Shown here piece by piece: positions 1-9,787 of a stretch of 64,000 nucleotides of DNA. Positions within the stretch are counted from its first letter, which is position 1; each line of letters opens with the position of its first letter. The DNA is from Candidatus Latescibacterota bacterium. Its GTDB lineage: Bacteria > Latescibacterota > UBA2968. Below the pieces are notes generated by a model. That model saw only the letters and a program-made list of their open reading frames with translations. It searched no databases and was not told the DNA's origin. Both the position numbers and the translations under genes were made by a program. The DNA lies in NCBI GenBank assembly GCA_965198115.1, contig OZ240241.1:7584001-7648000 (forward strand), in the 5' to 3' direction.

Positions 1-1044
1 ATCGCTGTCGGTGGGACGAGCGGCAAGTCCACCGTCACGGGAATGATCGGACACGTGCTTGTCGAAACCGGTTACGGGCCGACCGTGATCGCCGGCGGCC
101 GAATGCTGAATGCGGACACGCCGCCCATGCTGGGGAACGCGGTACTCGGCGACGGCGAGAGCGTGGTGATCGAAACGGACGAGAGCGACGGGACGATCGA
201 GCTCTACCGACCCGCCGTTGGGGTGATTACGAACATTTCGCTCGATCACAAACCCATGGAGGAATTGCGGGTTCTGTTTCGCGATTTTGCACGTCGAGCT
301 ACGATCGGGGTCGTTGGCAATAGTGATTGCGCCGAGACGATGAATACCATCGACGGGATGGAGGCGGTGACGTTCGCGATCGATGGCGAGGCAGACGTGC
401 GTGCAGAGTACATCGAGACACGCGTCGACGGAGTGGGCTTCCGTGTGGACGGCGTGTCGTTCGACCTGACGACACCGGGACGTCACAACGTGGCAAACGC
501 CCTGGCAGCTGTTGCGGCGTGCCGTTACCTGGGCGTTTCCGTCGCTGCGTGTGCGGAGGCGCTGGGCCGGTTCAGCGGGATCGCCAGGCGCCTTCAGGTT
601 CTGGGCGAGGCGAATGGTATGACGGTGATCGACGACTTTGCCCACAATCCCGACAAGGTCGCGGCTACGCTTGCCACACTGACGGCTCATCCCGGTCGTC
701 TGCGTCTGATGTTCCAACCCCACGGATACGGTCCGACGCGAATGCTGAAAGATGGACTGATCGCGGCGTTCAGCGAGGGCATGCGGGACTGCGATGCGCT
801 GTGGCTTCCCGAGATTTACTACGCCGGAGGCACGGTGGTGAAGGATATTTCCTCAGAGGATCTGGTGCGTGCCATTCGGGAGAACGGACGTGATGTCCGC
901 TTTACGGCCGATCGAAACTCCATCGGGGACGAATTAGTCGCAGCGTGCGATCAGGGAGACCGGGTTGTGGTGATGGGTGCGCGTGACGATACGTTGACGA
1001 TTTTCGCACAGGACATTCTCGGCAGGTTGTCAGAGAGCAGATAG
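1..1044 (+). CDS. murC: Mur ligase, MurC/Mpl family (5' partial, runs off window)
   Basis: Frame open from base 1: IAVGGTSGKST ATP loop, ETDESDG, NISLDH, GRHNVANA, DDFAHNP, FQPHG. The adjacent LD-carboxypeptidase means a recycling Mpl-type role is also possible. Confidence 0.8.
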   Translation: MAVGGTSGKSTVTGMIGHVLVETGYGPTVIAGGRMLNADTPPMLGNAVLGDGESVVIETDESDGTIELYRPAVGVITNISLDHKPMEELRVLFRDFARRATIGVVGNSDCAETMNTIDGMEAVTFAIDGEADVRAEYIETRVDGVGFRVDGVSFDLTTPGRHNVANALAAVAACRYLGVSVAACAEALGRFSGIARRLQVLGEANGMTVIDDFAHNPDKVAATLATLTAHPGRLRLMFQPHGYGPTRMLKDGLIAAFSEGMRDCDALWLPEIYYAGGTVVKDISSEDLVRAIRENGRDVRFTADRNSIGDELVAACDQGDRVVVMGARDDTLTIFAQDILGRLSESR

Positions 1045-1071
1045 ATGTCGTTTGGGAATCCGCAGGACGGT

Positions 1072-1177
1072 TGTCATCCCGGTACGCTTCTTAGCCGGGA
1101 TCCATTTTCGCCGCCCAGGCGTCACCCAATGAGGCGGCAGCAAATTGGCCCCCGACTCAACACACTGCCGGGGTGAC
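1072..1177. repeat. Inverted pair of TGTCAYCCCGG..CCGGGRTCCA palindromic units (REP/REPIN-like family B)
   Basis: TGTCATCCCGGTACGCTTCTTAGCCGGGATCCA at 1072-1104 with a degenerate inverted partner at 1146-1177; the unit recurs at 41274, 42189 and 43460. Confidence 0.8.
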
Positions 1178-1218
1178 GCAGTGAAGCAGGAGCCGCTGTG
1201 GGGCGACCACTTCGGCCA

Positions 1219-1414
1219 CCGGTCATCCTGAGTGATCTTTGCACGAGACCGAAGATCGCGAAGCAGCGTTGATGTACATGGAGAAGATCGTATCGAAGGA
1301 CGGCCGGTGGCCACGCGTACTGATTCCGGCAACCGATCGTCCTTCGATACGGCAGACATTCAGATAGCCCAGGTTTCAAACGTCGTTTGCGAGTCGCCAA
1401 CTCAGGATGATCGG
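1219..1414. repeat. Composite palindromic element (family A: GTCATCCTGAG..TCGAAGGA / TCCTTCGA..CTCAGGATGA)
   Basis: Outer arms 1222-1232 and 1401-1410 are complementary; inner arms CGTATCGAAGGA 1289-1300 and TCCTTCGATACG 1340-1351 are complementary. Confidence 0.75.
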
Positions 1415-1486
1415 TCGGTGATCCTGGACAACAATGAACGTCATACTCGAGAAATGATGCACGTACCACGCGTAGGACGCGACCAA

Positions 1487-2386
1487 GTGAAACTTCCCCC
1501 CAACCTGTCGAAAGGCGATAAAGTTGCCGTCGTCGCGCCGTCCAGCCCGGTGACACGAGAGGCGCTTGCACCCGGCGTTGCGTATCTGGAGTCGTTGGGT
1601 CTGGAGGTTGTCGTGGGATCCTCGGTCGGGCCTTCCGACCGGTTTCTCGCGGGACCTGACACCGAGCGGGGCCAGGATCTCAACAGCCTGTTTGCCGACG
1701 ATTCCGTTCGAGGGATCTTTGCGGGTAGGGGTGGCTACGGATCAGGGCGCACCCTCTCGACGATCGACTGGTCGGTCGTTCGGGATCATCCAAAAGTTCT
1801 CGTGGGGTTCAGCGACACGACTGCCCTTCAGCTCGCGGCCTGGACGCAGGCTGGCCTGGTTTCGTATACCGGGATGGTGTTGAAGGTCGATGTAACCGGG
1901 TCCGGACCGGTCGACGCGATGCTCGACGCCTCACTGCGAGCGGCGCTGTTCGAGGGACGGTTCGAGGAGGTCCTCGGGCTCAGACCTTTGGTTTCTGGGG
2001 GATCGATCAAGGGGCCCCTTTTGGGTGGGTGTTTGTCGCTCGTGGCTTCGCTGGTTGGTACACCGTATCTGCCGAGCTTCGAGGGGGCCATCGTGTTCTT
2101 GGAGGATGTCGGGGAGGCACCGTATCGGGTCGATCGGACGCTGACACAGCTCATTTTGACCGGCGCGTTCGAGCGTGTCGGTGCCGTGGTGTTCGGTGCG
2201 TTCGAACGATGCGATGGAGATGACGAGGATGGCACGATCGAGGAGGTGCTGAAGGATTTCGCTGGACGCGTGACCTGTCCCGTCCTGACCGGACTGCCCT
2301 ATGGACACGGGCCATCCCGCCGTGTGCTTCCGCTCGGGTCCGAAGTCCTTCTGACCGGCGATCGGATCGAATTCGAGGTATCGTGA
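1487..2386 (+). CDS. ldcA: LD-carboxypeptidase (peptidase S66)
   Basis: VAVVAPSS, RGGYG, GFSDTT (catalytic Ser), GGCLSL, LEDVGEAPYRVDR (Glu) and PYGH (His). GTG start chosen downstream of the repeat region. Confidence 0.9.
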   Translation: MKLPPNLSKGDKVAVVAPSSPVTREALAPGVAYLESLGLEVVVGSSVGPSDRFLAGPDTERGQDLNSLFADDSVRGIFAGRGGYGSGRTLSTIDWSVVRDHPKVLVGFSDTTALQLAAWTQAGLVSYTGMVLKVDVTGSGPVDAMLDASLRAALFEGRFEEVLGLRPLVSGGSIKGPLLGGCLSLVASLVGTPYLPSFEGAIVFLEDVGEAPYRVDRTLTQLILTGAFERVGAVVFGAFERCDGDDEDGTIEEVLKDFAGRVTCPVLTGLPYGHGPSRRVLPLGSEVLLTGDRIEFEVS

Positions 2387-3252
2387 TGCGCTGGATGGGG
2401 ACGACGATCGTGATCCTGTTCGTCGGAGGCTGCGCGACACTCAGCCAGTTGAACTTTCTGACGACGGCCGATGAAGTCGAAATCGGAAAACAGGCGGCTG
2501 CCGACATCGAGCGACAGTTGCCGATGCTCGAGGATGAGACCGTGTTCGCCTACGTCGACAGTCTGGGTCGGGTGCTGGTGCGACACTCCAAGCGAAGGGG
2601 CATACCCTATTACTTCAAAGTCGTGGAGACGTCCCAGGTCAATGCCTTCGCACTGCCGGGCGGCTGGCTCTACGTCAATGCCGGTCTGATCGCCGCGGCC
2701 GATTCGGAGGCGGAGCTGGCGGGGGTCGTTGCGCACGAGATCGGACACGTGGTCGGCCGCCACGGGGCGCGACAGATATCGAGTCAATATGGACTGGTCG
2801 TTTTGCTGGATGTCGTGTCGGGAGGGCCGGGGGGCGGTTCGATCGTGCGCCAGATCGCGGGTCAGTTTGCGGGCATAGGTGCGGGGTTGACGATGCTCAA
2901 ATACAGCCGGGATATGGAGCGTGAAGCCGATCAACTCGCGATCGAAGAAACCTACGGAGCCGGGATCGACCCAAGCGGGATTGCTGCGTTCTTCGAAAAG
3001 CTGATGGCGATGCACGAAAGGGAGCCGTCAGGGCTGGAAGCTCTGTTCACGACGCACCCACCGAGCGCCGAGCGAATCGCGAATGTCGAAGAAGCCGTGC
3101 GCGCCCTGCCTCCCAAACGTGGTTTGCGAAGCGACAGCGAACGATTCCAGGAAATCCGAAAGCACGTCCAATCACTGATGCCACCGATCGAAGCGCGTGA
3201 GAAGCACCAGCGCGATGAATTGGAAAAAAGAAGAAGAGGAAGAAGCAGATAG
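2383..3252 (+). CDS. M48 family metalloprotease, probable lipoprotein
   Basis: Lipobox-like VGGC, VNAFALPGG, HEIGH zinc motif, YSRDMEREAD, THPP. Confidence 0.9.
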   Translation: MMRWMGTTIVILFVGGCATLSQLNFLTTADEVEIGKQAAADIERQLPMLEDETVFAYVDSLGRVLVRHSKRRGIPYYFKVVETSQVNAFALPGGWLYVNAGLIAAADSEAELAGVVAHEIGHVVGRHGARQISSQYGLVVLLDVVSGGPGGGSIVRQIAGQFAGIGAGLTMLKYSRDMEREADQLAIEETYGAGIDPSGIAAFFEKLMAMHEREPSGLEALFTTHPPSAERIANVEEAVRALPPKRGLRSDSERFQEIRKHVQSLMPPIEAREKHQRDELEKRRRGRSR

Positions 3253-3279
3253 GGGGATCGATCCCGTCAGGCCCTATAA

Positions 3280-3310
3280 CCCCGGAGTAGACACTCCGGG
3301 GCTTTCTATT
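3280..3310 (+). terminator. Hairpin / probable intrinsic terminator
   Basis: CCCCGGAGT-AGAC-ACTCCGGGG followed by CTTTCTATT just after the M48 stop; could also be a REP-type unit. Confidence 0.55.
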
Positions 3311-3526
3311 GCCAAGCCATGTTATGATTCCCCGAGGCTCATTGGAACGATAGCAACACCGAACACCATCGACGTAGCATAGCCCAGGTGCTCAGGGCCC
3401 CCGAATCCCTTCCCCGAATCGGGCCCACGAATTTCGGTGTACTGCCATTCGTGTTCATCTGTGTTCATTTATGGTTCCAGGGTTTTACGTGGACCAATCT
3501 GAGAGCCGAGGCCAAAGGAGAAAGCC

Positions 3527-4648
3527 ATGAAAATCACCGAGATCAAAACCATCGACAACGTCGAGCCCTACCGCGGCGGCAGAAAGTGGCTTTTCATCCA
3601 GCTGATTACCGATGAAGGCATCGTAGGACTCGGTGAGCGGCCCACGGCCCACGCCACCGACTTGGCGCCGCAGATCGCCCTGTTCCACGAATTCGCAGAC
3701 ACGTTCCTGATCGGGGAAGATCCTTTCAACGTGGAACGTATGTGGAATCGAATTTTCGCCTCCCGGCACGACTTTCGTCACCCCTCCCTGTTCTACACCA
3801 CCGCAATCTCGGCGATTGAGATCGCCTGCTGGGACATCATCGGGAAAGCGACGAACCAACCGATCTACAATCTGTTGGGTGGCAAGTTTCAGGAGAAACT
3901 GCGAGCCTACGCCTACATGCCATCGAAGGGCGTCTGGGAGAATCCGGAGATCGCAGGGGGGATCGCTGAGAAACTCGTGGCCGATGGGAATACGGCGTGT
4001 AAGATCGATCCGTTTTCGCCCGCCTATCCGTTGCCGAGGGATGTCTCTCTGAAGACGCTGAATCACGCGGCCAGGATCTTCAAGGCGATGCGGGATGCAG
4101 TGGGGGATGAGTTGGAAATCGGGATCGGCACGCACGGACAGTTCACGACAGCCGGCGCGATTCGGGCGGCCAGCATCTTCGAGGAATATCATCCGTTTTG
4201 GTTCGAGGAGCCCGTGCCGCCGGAGAATGTCGACGAAATGGCACGCGTGGCTGCGCAGACGAGCATTCCGATCGCAACGGGGGAGAGGCTCGTGACGAAG
4301 TATGAATTCACGGAACTGTTGGAAAAGCAGGCTGCCCAAATCATTCAGCTGGACGTCGCACAATGCGGCGGCATCTTGGAGTCGAAGAAGATTGCGGCGA
4401 TCGCGGACGCGCACTTTGCGATGATCGCACCTCACATGTACGTCGGCCCGGTGGCTGCCGCGGCGGCGGTCCAGTTGGATACGTGCTGTTCGAACTTCCT
4501 GATTCAGGAGTTCAACGCAGGACCGCTACACGCAGAGATCTTCAAGGAGCCGATTCACTTCGAAAACGGTTTCATCACACCGCCTGAAGGCCCCGGGTTG
4601 GGCGTGGAGCTCGATGAGGATGTGGTCAAGCGACAGGAGGTAAAGTAG
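3527..4648 (+). CDS. Mandelate racemase/muconate lactonising (enolase superfamily) enzyme, galactonate dehydratase-like
   Basis: AISAIEIACWDIIGK, PIYNLLGG, WFEEP, IATGERL, APH, PEGPGLG; SD AAGGAG. Confidence 0.9.
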   Translation: MKITEIKTIDNVEPYRGGRKWLFIQLITDEGIVGLGERPTAHATDLAPQIALFHEFADTFLIGEDPFNVERMWNRIFASRHDFRHPSLFYTTAISAIEIACWDIIGKATNQPIYNLLGGKFQEKLRAYAYMPSKGVWENPEIAGGIAEKLVADGNTACKIDPFSPAYPLPRDVSLKTLNHAARIFKAMRDAVGDELEIGIGTHGQFTTAGAIRAASIFEEYHPFWFEEPVPPENVDEMARVAAQTSIPIATGERLVTKYEFTELLEKQAAQIIQLDVAQCGGILESKKIAAIADAHFAMIAPHMYVGPVAAAAAVQLDTCCSNFLIQEFNAGPLHAEIFKEPIHFENGFITPPEGPGLGVELDEDVVKRQEVK

Positions 4649-4895
4649 GATCCAACTTACACTTTCTGAGCTCGCGTGCCGGCAGGTCTTAGTGTAGTCA
4701 TTAGTGCTGATGGCCCAGCGCGAAACCAGCTTGTCATTTCGACACGGTCTGGCTAGAAACCAGGCGGACCCGCAGAGGTGACCGGAATCCGTGGAGAAAT
4801 CTCCGCGTGGGAGCGCTTGTGTGAACAGTGACAGAGTGTGTTTCTTGCGCCGGACCTGTTACGAGGAAGGTTCATTGCGAGTCATCCTATGGTGT

Positions 4896-5948
4896 CTACC
4901 AAGGTCCGATCTGGGCACGAAAGAGCGCCTTCTCGATCCGTCCCTTGATGCCCGTCCATGAAAGAAGCCGATCATAATGACCTTCGATGCGGACTCGCCG
5001 CCAGTTTCCGAAGGGCTCACCCGGTTTGATCCCGCCTGACAGGCTGACGATGGACCAGACGTCGAAGTCGATGGCCAGCCGACGCAAGCGCTCCAGCCCA
5101 TCGTCGGGGAACGGAAATGCAGTTTCGTAGCCGGCCTTGTAGGCTTCGTAGTATTCGTCATTCAGCCCGAGAATGGATACATAGAGGATGACGATTTCCG
5201 GCGCCGGATCGCCAATCAGTATCACGCTGACGTCGACGCAGCCATCGAGATGAAAACGGCCGTTGCTCTGACCTACGATGTAATGTTCGGCCCACGGCTC
5301 TCCGTGCGTCAGTCCCACATCGATAAACGGCTCTATGGTTGCCGAAGCGTAGTGCTCTTCCAGCACGGTGAGTAATTCTGGGGATGGCAACCCCGTTGCC
5401 TTCAACGTCGAAGCAACCGTGTCGAGATTCGTTTTCCCTCTGTTGAATTTTCCGAGGAGACGGCGTGTTGGATTGTCGCTGTCATCCTGCACACGGGAGT
5501 GCAGGCCTGTCCTTTCGGCAATCTTTTGAATCTTGTCCGCCCCGACGGTATGGTAGCGGCCCATGGCCTCACCGAGGGCTGTTAGCAGCGGACGTCGGTC
5601 CGACTCGTCGACCTTCTCCCATAGCACGTCGAGACGATCGCCCGTACACTTCTGCGTCAGCAGATAAGATGCGTCGAGTCGCGCTTCGTGTTCGCACCAG
5701 GCCAACACCTCAGGCGACGGCATTTCGGGTATGTGACTCAAGAAGATCAGGTCGTCAGCGTCTTCCTGCTCAGCCAGAAACTGAAGCGAATAGACATCGT
5801 CGAGATGATAGATCACCTTCTCGTTGCCTCGGGGTTCGGCGTCGATCTTGCTCGGAATTTTCAGTCCGTGGCGCGCGCAGATGGTGTGAATGTCTTCGAT
5901 CTGTAGTTGGTCCCGAAAGTCGTCACCGGGTCGGTGAATGCGTTCCAC
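4896..5948 (-). CDS. APH/choline-kinase-like phosphotransferase fold protein with divergent motifs
   Basis: P.PEVL, LGEAMGRYH, THGEPWAEHYIV, GCVD, GDP and F/Y..GY pattern; GTG start with AAGGA. Confidence 0.65.
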   Translation of the reverse strand: MERIHRPGDDFRDQLQIEDIHTICARHGLKIPSKIDAEPRGNEKVIYHLDDVYSLQFLAEQEDADDLIFLSHIPEMPSPEVLAWCEHEARLDASYLLTQKCTGDRLDVLWEKVDESDRRPLLTALGEAMGRYHTVGADKIQKIAERTGLHSRVQDDSDNPTRRLLGKFNRGKTNLDTVASTLKATGLPSPELLTVLEEHYASATIEPFIDVGLTHGEPWAEHYIVGQSNGRFHLDGCVDVSVILIGDPAPEIVILYVSILGLNDEYYEAYKAGYETAFPFPDDGLERLRRLAIDFDVWSIVSLSGGIKPGEPFGNWRRVRIEGHYDRLLSWTGIKGRIEKALFRAQIGPW

Positions 5949-5979
5949 GTCGATTCCTTTTCTCGAGATTATAAAAAAA

Positions 5980-7400
5980 GGCTCTATCCGGGTTTCTCAA
6001 CGGTGAAACTATAGAATGACAAGGTCATAGATCGTTCCCTACGCTTGGTTGTGTGTGTAGGACAATCAAAGCGAAGGGGGTGCGACCTATGACCGGGAGC
6101 AGATTACTATCGAAACTGCTGAGATTCAAGGGGTTCCATGTTGTCAGCTGGTGGTTTGAGGGGAGAAGCTGTTTCGTCATCGCCGTAAAGCCACATAAGA
6201 ATGGTTGTTGTTGTCCGGAGTGCGGCCGTCGAGGTAAAATCGTCCGCACAATGCCCCATCCGCGTCGGTGGCGTGACATTCCGGTGTGCGGGTGGAGGGT
6301 CTGGCTTCTCTACCATCCTCGGGAGATTCGGTGTCCTACCCACGGTCGTGTGGTCGAGGAGATTCCGTGGGCGGAGCGGTTCTCTCGGGTGACGTATCGC
6401 TTCGAGTATGCCATGCTGCGCTACTGCCAGACCATGACGCAGAAGGCGGCGTCCGAGTTGCTGCGCATCTCTGCCTCGACGCTGTCGGATCTCCTTCACC
6501 GATCCATCACGCGGCTTCGTGAAGGTCATCGTATCCGAGGGCTCAAAACCATCGGGATCGACGAGATCTCCTACGCCAAGCGTCACAGGTACGCCACGCT
6601 CGTTTACGATCTGGACCGCTCCTGCGTGGTGTGGGTTGGCCGCGGCAGGGCGCGTAAAACGATCGATCGGTTCTTCACAGAGGCTCTCAGTCCCTACCGG
6701 AGATCCAAGATCGAGTGGGGCCTGCTGCGACATGAGCGAAGCTTACATCGGAGCCATCCAGGAACACTGTCCGAATGCCAAGCTGGTCCTCGATCGCTTT
6801 CACATCGTCAAGGCTCTCAATGCCGCCGTTGACGAGGTCCGTAAGGACCAGTGGCGTAAAGCTGCCCCGGATGAGCGCAAAGCCATGAAGGGCCTCCGAT
6901 GGCTCCTCTACCGGCACTCAGCGACACGCTCCAGAGGGGATACTCGGACACTCAAAGCACTGGAGAAGGCGAACTACCGAATCTATAGAGCCTGGAGACT
7001 CAAGGACGAGTTCGAGCAGTTCTGGGAATACAAAGCGCCCTGGGCTGCCGAACGCTTCCTGAAATGCTGGACGACGTCCGCACTCAGAAGTCGACTTGAA
7101 CCCCTGCGAAAGTTCGTCAGGACCCTGCGACAGCACTTCTTCGGCGTCCTCGCATTCGTGAACACGCGTCTTACCAACGCCATCGCCGAAGGCCTCAACC
7201 GAATCGTCCAAATCGTCAAGAACCGAGCCAGCGGATTCCGCACACTCGACGCATTCAACGATATGATCTTCCTTACCGTCGGAGACATAAACATCCCTGA
7301 GCAGATTCCGAAGAGGTTCCGCACACGCTAACCGCGCCCCCATGCCAGGAACCACGGCACCTTCACCCACTTCATCTCGTTGAGAGATCCGGATATAGCC
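5980..7400 (+). mobile_element. ISL3 family IS, copy 1 (1421 bp)
   Basis: Ends GGCTCTATCCGG / CCGGATATAGCC; TAAAAAAA at 5972-5979 and 7401-7408. Confidence 0.97.
6089..7331 (+). pseudogene. ISL3 transposase, +1 G frameshift at 6717-6720
   Basis: Split into two ORFs; extra G relative to copies 2, 4 and 5. Confidence 0.8.
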
Positions 7401-7408
7401 TAAAAAAA

Positions 7409-8828
7409 GGCTCTATCCGGGTTTCTCAACGGTGAAACTATAGAATGACAAGGTCATAGATCGTTCCCTACGCTTGGTTGTGTGTGTAGGACAATCAAAG
7501 CGAAGGGGGTGCGACCTATGACCGGGAGCAGATTACTATCGAAACTGCTGAGATTCAAGGGGTTCCGTGTTGTCAGCTGGTGGTTTGAGGGGAGAAGCTG
7601 TTTCGTCATCGCCGTAAAGCCACATAAGAATGGTTGTTGTTGTCCGGAGTGCGGCCGTCGAGGTAAAATCGTCCGCACAATGCCCCATCCGCGTCGGTGG
7701 CGTGACATTCCGGTGTGCGGGTGGAGGGTCTGGCTTCTCTACCATCCTCGGGAGATTCGGTGTCCTACCCACGGTCGTGTGGTCGAGGAGATTCCGTGGG
7801 CGGAGCGGTTCTCTCGGGTGACGTATCGCTTCGAGTATGCCATGCTGCGCTACTGCCAGACCATGACGCAGAAGGCGGCGTCCGAGTTACTGCGCATCTC
7901 TGCCTCGACGCTGTCGGATCTCCTTCACCGATCCATCACGCGGCTTCGTGAAGGTCATCGTATCCGAGGGCTCAAAACCATCGGGATCGACGAGATCTCC
8001 TACGCCAAGCGTCACAGGTACGCCACGCTCGTTTACGATCTGGACCGCTCCTGCGTGGTGTGGGTTGGCCGCGGCAGGGCGCGTAAAACGATCGATCGGT
8101 TCTTCACAGAGGCTCTCAGTCCCTACCAGAGATCCAAGATCGAGTGGGCCTGCTGCGACATGAGCGAAGCTTACATCGGAGCCATCCAGGAACACTGTCC
8201 GAATGCCAAGCTGGTCCTCGATCGCTTTCACATCGTCAAGGCTCTCAATGCCGCCGTTGACGAGGTCCGTAAGGACCAGTGGCGTAAAGCTGCCCCGGAT
8301 GAGCGCAAAGCCATGAAGGGCCTCCGATGGCTCCTCTACCGGCACTCAGCGACACGCTCCAGAGGGGATACTCGGACACTCAAAGCACTGGAGAAGGCGA
8401 ACTACCGAATCTATAGAGCCTGGAGACTCAAGGACGAGTTCGAGCAGTTCTGGGAATACAAAGCGCCCTGGGCTGCCGAACGCTTCCTGAAATGCTGGAC
8501 GACGTCCGCACTCAGAAGTCGACTTGAACCCCTGCGAAAGTTCGTCAGGACCCTGCGACAGCACTTCTTCGGCGTCCTCGCATTCGTGAACACGCGTCTT
8601 ACCAACGCCATCGCCGAAGGCCTCAACCGAATCGTCCAAATCGTCAAGAACCGAGCCAGCGGATTCCGCACACTCGACGCATTCAACGATATGATCTTCC
8701 TTACCGTCGGAGACATAAACATCCCTGAGCAGATTCCGAAGAGGTTCCGCACACTCTAACCGCGCCCCCATGCCAGGAACCACGGCACCTTCACCCACTT
8801 CATCTCGTTGAGAGATCCGGATATAGCC
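7409..8828 (+). mobile_element. ISL3 family IS, copy 2 (1420 bp), tandem with copy 1
   Basis: Same IRs; TAAAAAAA at 7401-7408 and 8829-8836. Confidence 0.97.
7518..8759 (+). CDS. ISL3 family transposase (intact)
   Basis: CPECG and CPTHG zinc finger, GIDE, CDM, DRFH, TNAIAEGLN DDE motifs; ATG after GAAGGGGG. Confidence 0.95.
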   Translation: MTGSRLLSKLLRFKGFRVVSWWFEGRSCFVIAVKPHKNGCCCPECGRRGKIVRTMPHPRRWRDIPVCGWRVWLLYHPREIRCPTHGRVVEEIPWAERFSRVTYRFEYAMLRYCQTMTQKAASELLRISASTLSDLLHRSITRLREGHRIRGLKTIGIDEISYAKRHRYATLVYDLDRSCVVWVGRGRARKTIDRFFTEALSPYQRSKIEWACCDMSEAYIGAIQEHCPNAKLVLDRFHIVKALNAAVDEVRKDQWRKAAPDERKAMKGLRWLLYRHSATRSRGDTRTLKALEKANYRIYRAWRLKDEFEQFWEYKAPWAAERFLKCWTTSALRSRLEPLRKFVRTLRQHFFGVLAFVNTRLTNAIAEGLNRIVQIVKNRASGFRTLDAFNDMIFLTVGDINIPEQIPKRFRTL

Positions 8829-9060
8829 TAAAAAAAGCCACAGCACCCGGAGATGATGTGGCCACGCGTCTTAACGATACCGGTGTAAACCGGATCGGAC
8901 TCGCTTCAGGTACTCAAAGATCCTCCGCATGCGACTGGGGCGGACACATCTTGACCTGGTTGGAAGCGACGCATTCCATTTCCTCCTCGTACGATACATG
9001 AGTGTGCGTTCATCGTTGGCTCTCTGAAAGGATGAGACGCAGCTGAGAGGTCGGTGGGTT

Positions 9061-9684
9061 TCACGGGTTTTCAGAATTCAAAGACATGAGTTCGTCGAAC
9101 AGCCCGGGATCGGACTGGTATACGACCATGAACCGGTGAAGCGTGTTGGCCAATATCAATCTGCCTTCTGCCGGAAGCTCAGTGTTGGCGCGGACCTCTG
9201 CGCCGAGAGCTTTCACCTCTGCAATCGATATGGAGTCGAAGCCGATCCTCGGAATCAGCTCTGGTTCCGCCAGGACGATGCCCGGGAGATCGCGCGGCTG
9301 CGGATCGTCCTCCACACGAGCGAGGAAGACGGCAACGTGTGAACCGACCACGAAGGTCGGATCGGTCACTTCCCACACCATGGCCGGTCGAACGCCGTCC
9401 AGATCGAAGTCGGATAGAATCCGCACTTCCTCTGGCGTGACATAAGCCGTTCTCTGTGCGGACCAGACCTCGATCGGGCAGCCAATCTCCTCCAGAGCTT
9501 CGCGATGGAGCGCCTGCAAAGGCGTTTCACCGGGCTCCAGGGACCCACCGATGGAGCCGAGGCCGATCCTGGGCGGCTGACCTGGTGCGTACTCCCACCT
9601 ATGCTTCTTTCGCACCTCAAGCACGAGTCGGCGGCCGGAGAGGAGGATGCTACCCGCACCGGTGAAGGATACGTTAAGGGACAA
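9061..9684 (-). CDS. NUDIX hydrolase
   Basis: Nudix box GGSLEPGETPLQALHREALEEIG. Confidence 0.85.
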   Translation of the reverse strand: MSLNVSFTGAGSILLSGRRLVLEVRKKHRWEYAPGQPPRIGLGSIGGSLEPGETPLQALHREALEEIGCPIEVWSAQRTAYVTPEEVRILSDFDLDGVRPAMVWEVTDPTFVVGSHVAVFLARVEDDPQPRDLPGIVLAEPELIPRIGFDSISIAEVKALGAEVRANTELPAEGRLILANTLHRFMVVYQSDPGLFDELMSLNSENP

Positions 9685-9787
9685 AATTCGTGTCCTGTGA
9701 AGGTGCTGGATACTGTCCGTGTCCCACCGAAATTGATGATACTGGAGATGATGTCGGCAAGTATCATGAACTAATGGAGGCTGTGCC

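Noticed and set aside
1232-1486. N-terminal extension of the LD-carboxypeptidase ORF
   Set aside because: It runs through palindromic repeats; homology begins near 1487.
4700-4745. Hammerhead-like CTGATGG..GAAAC..GTC
   Set aside because: The core A9 is missing and stems I-III cannot be paired properly.
4858-4885. Third dif-like site GTTACGAGGAA-GGTTCA-TTGCGAGTCAT
   Set aside because: Lacks the TAA/TTA core and is too degenerate to support without a PWM scan.
8870-9015. Small minus-strand ORFs after GAGGAGG
   Set aside because: Only about 20 codons in competing frames, with no recognisable family.
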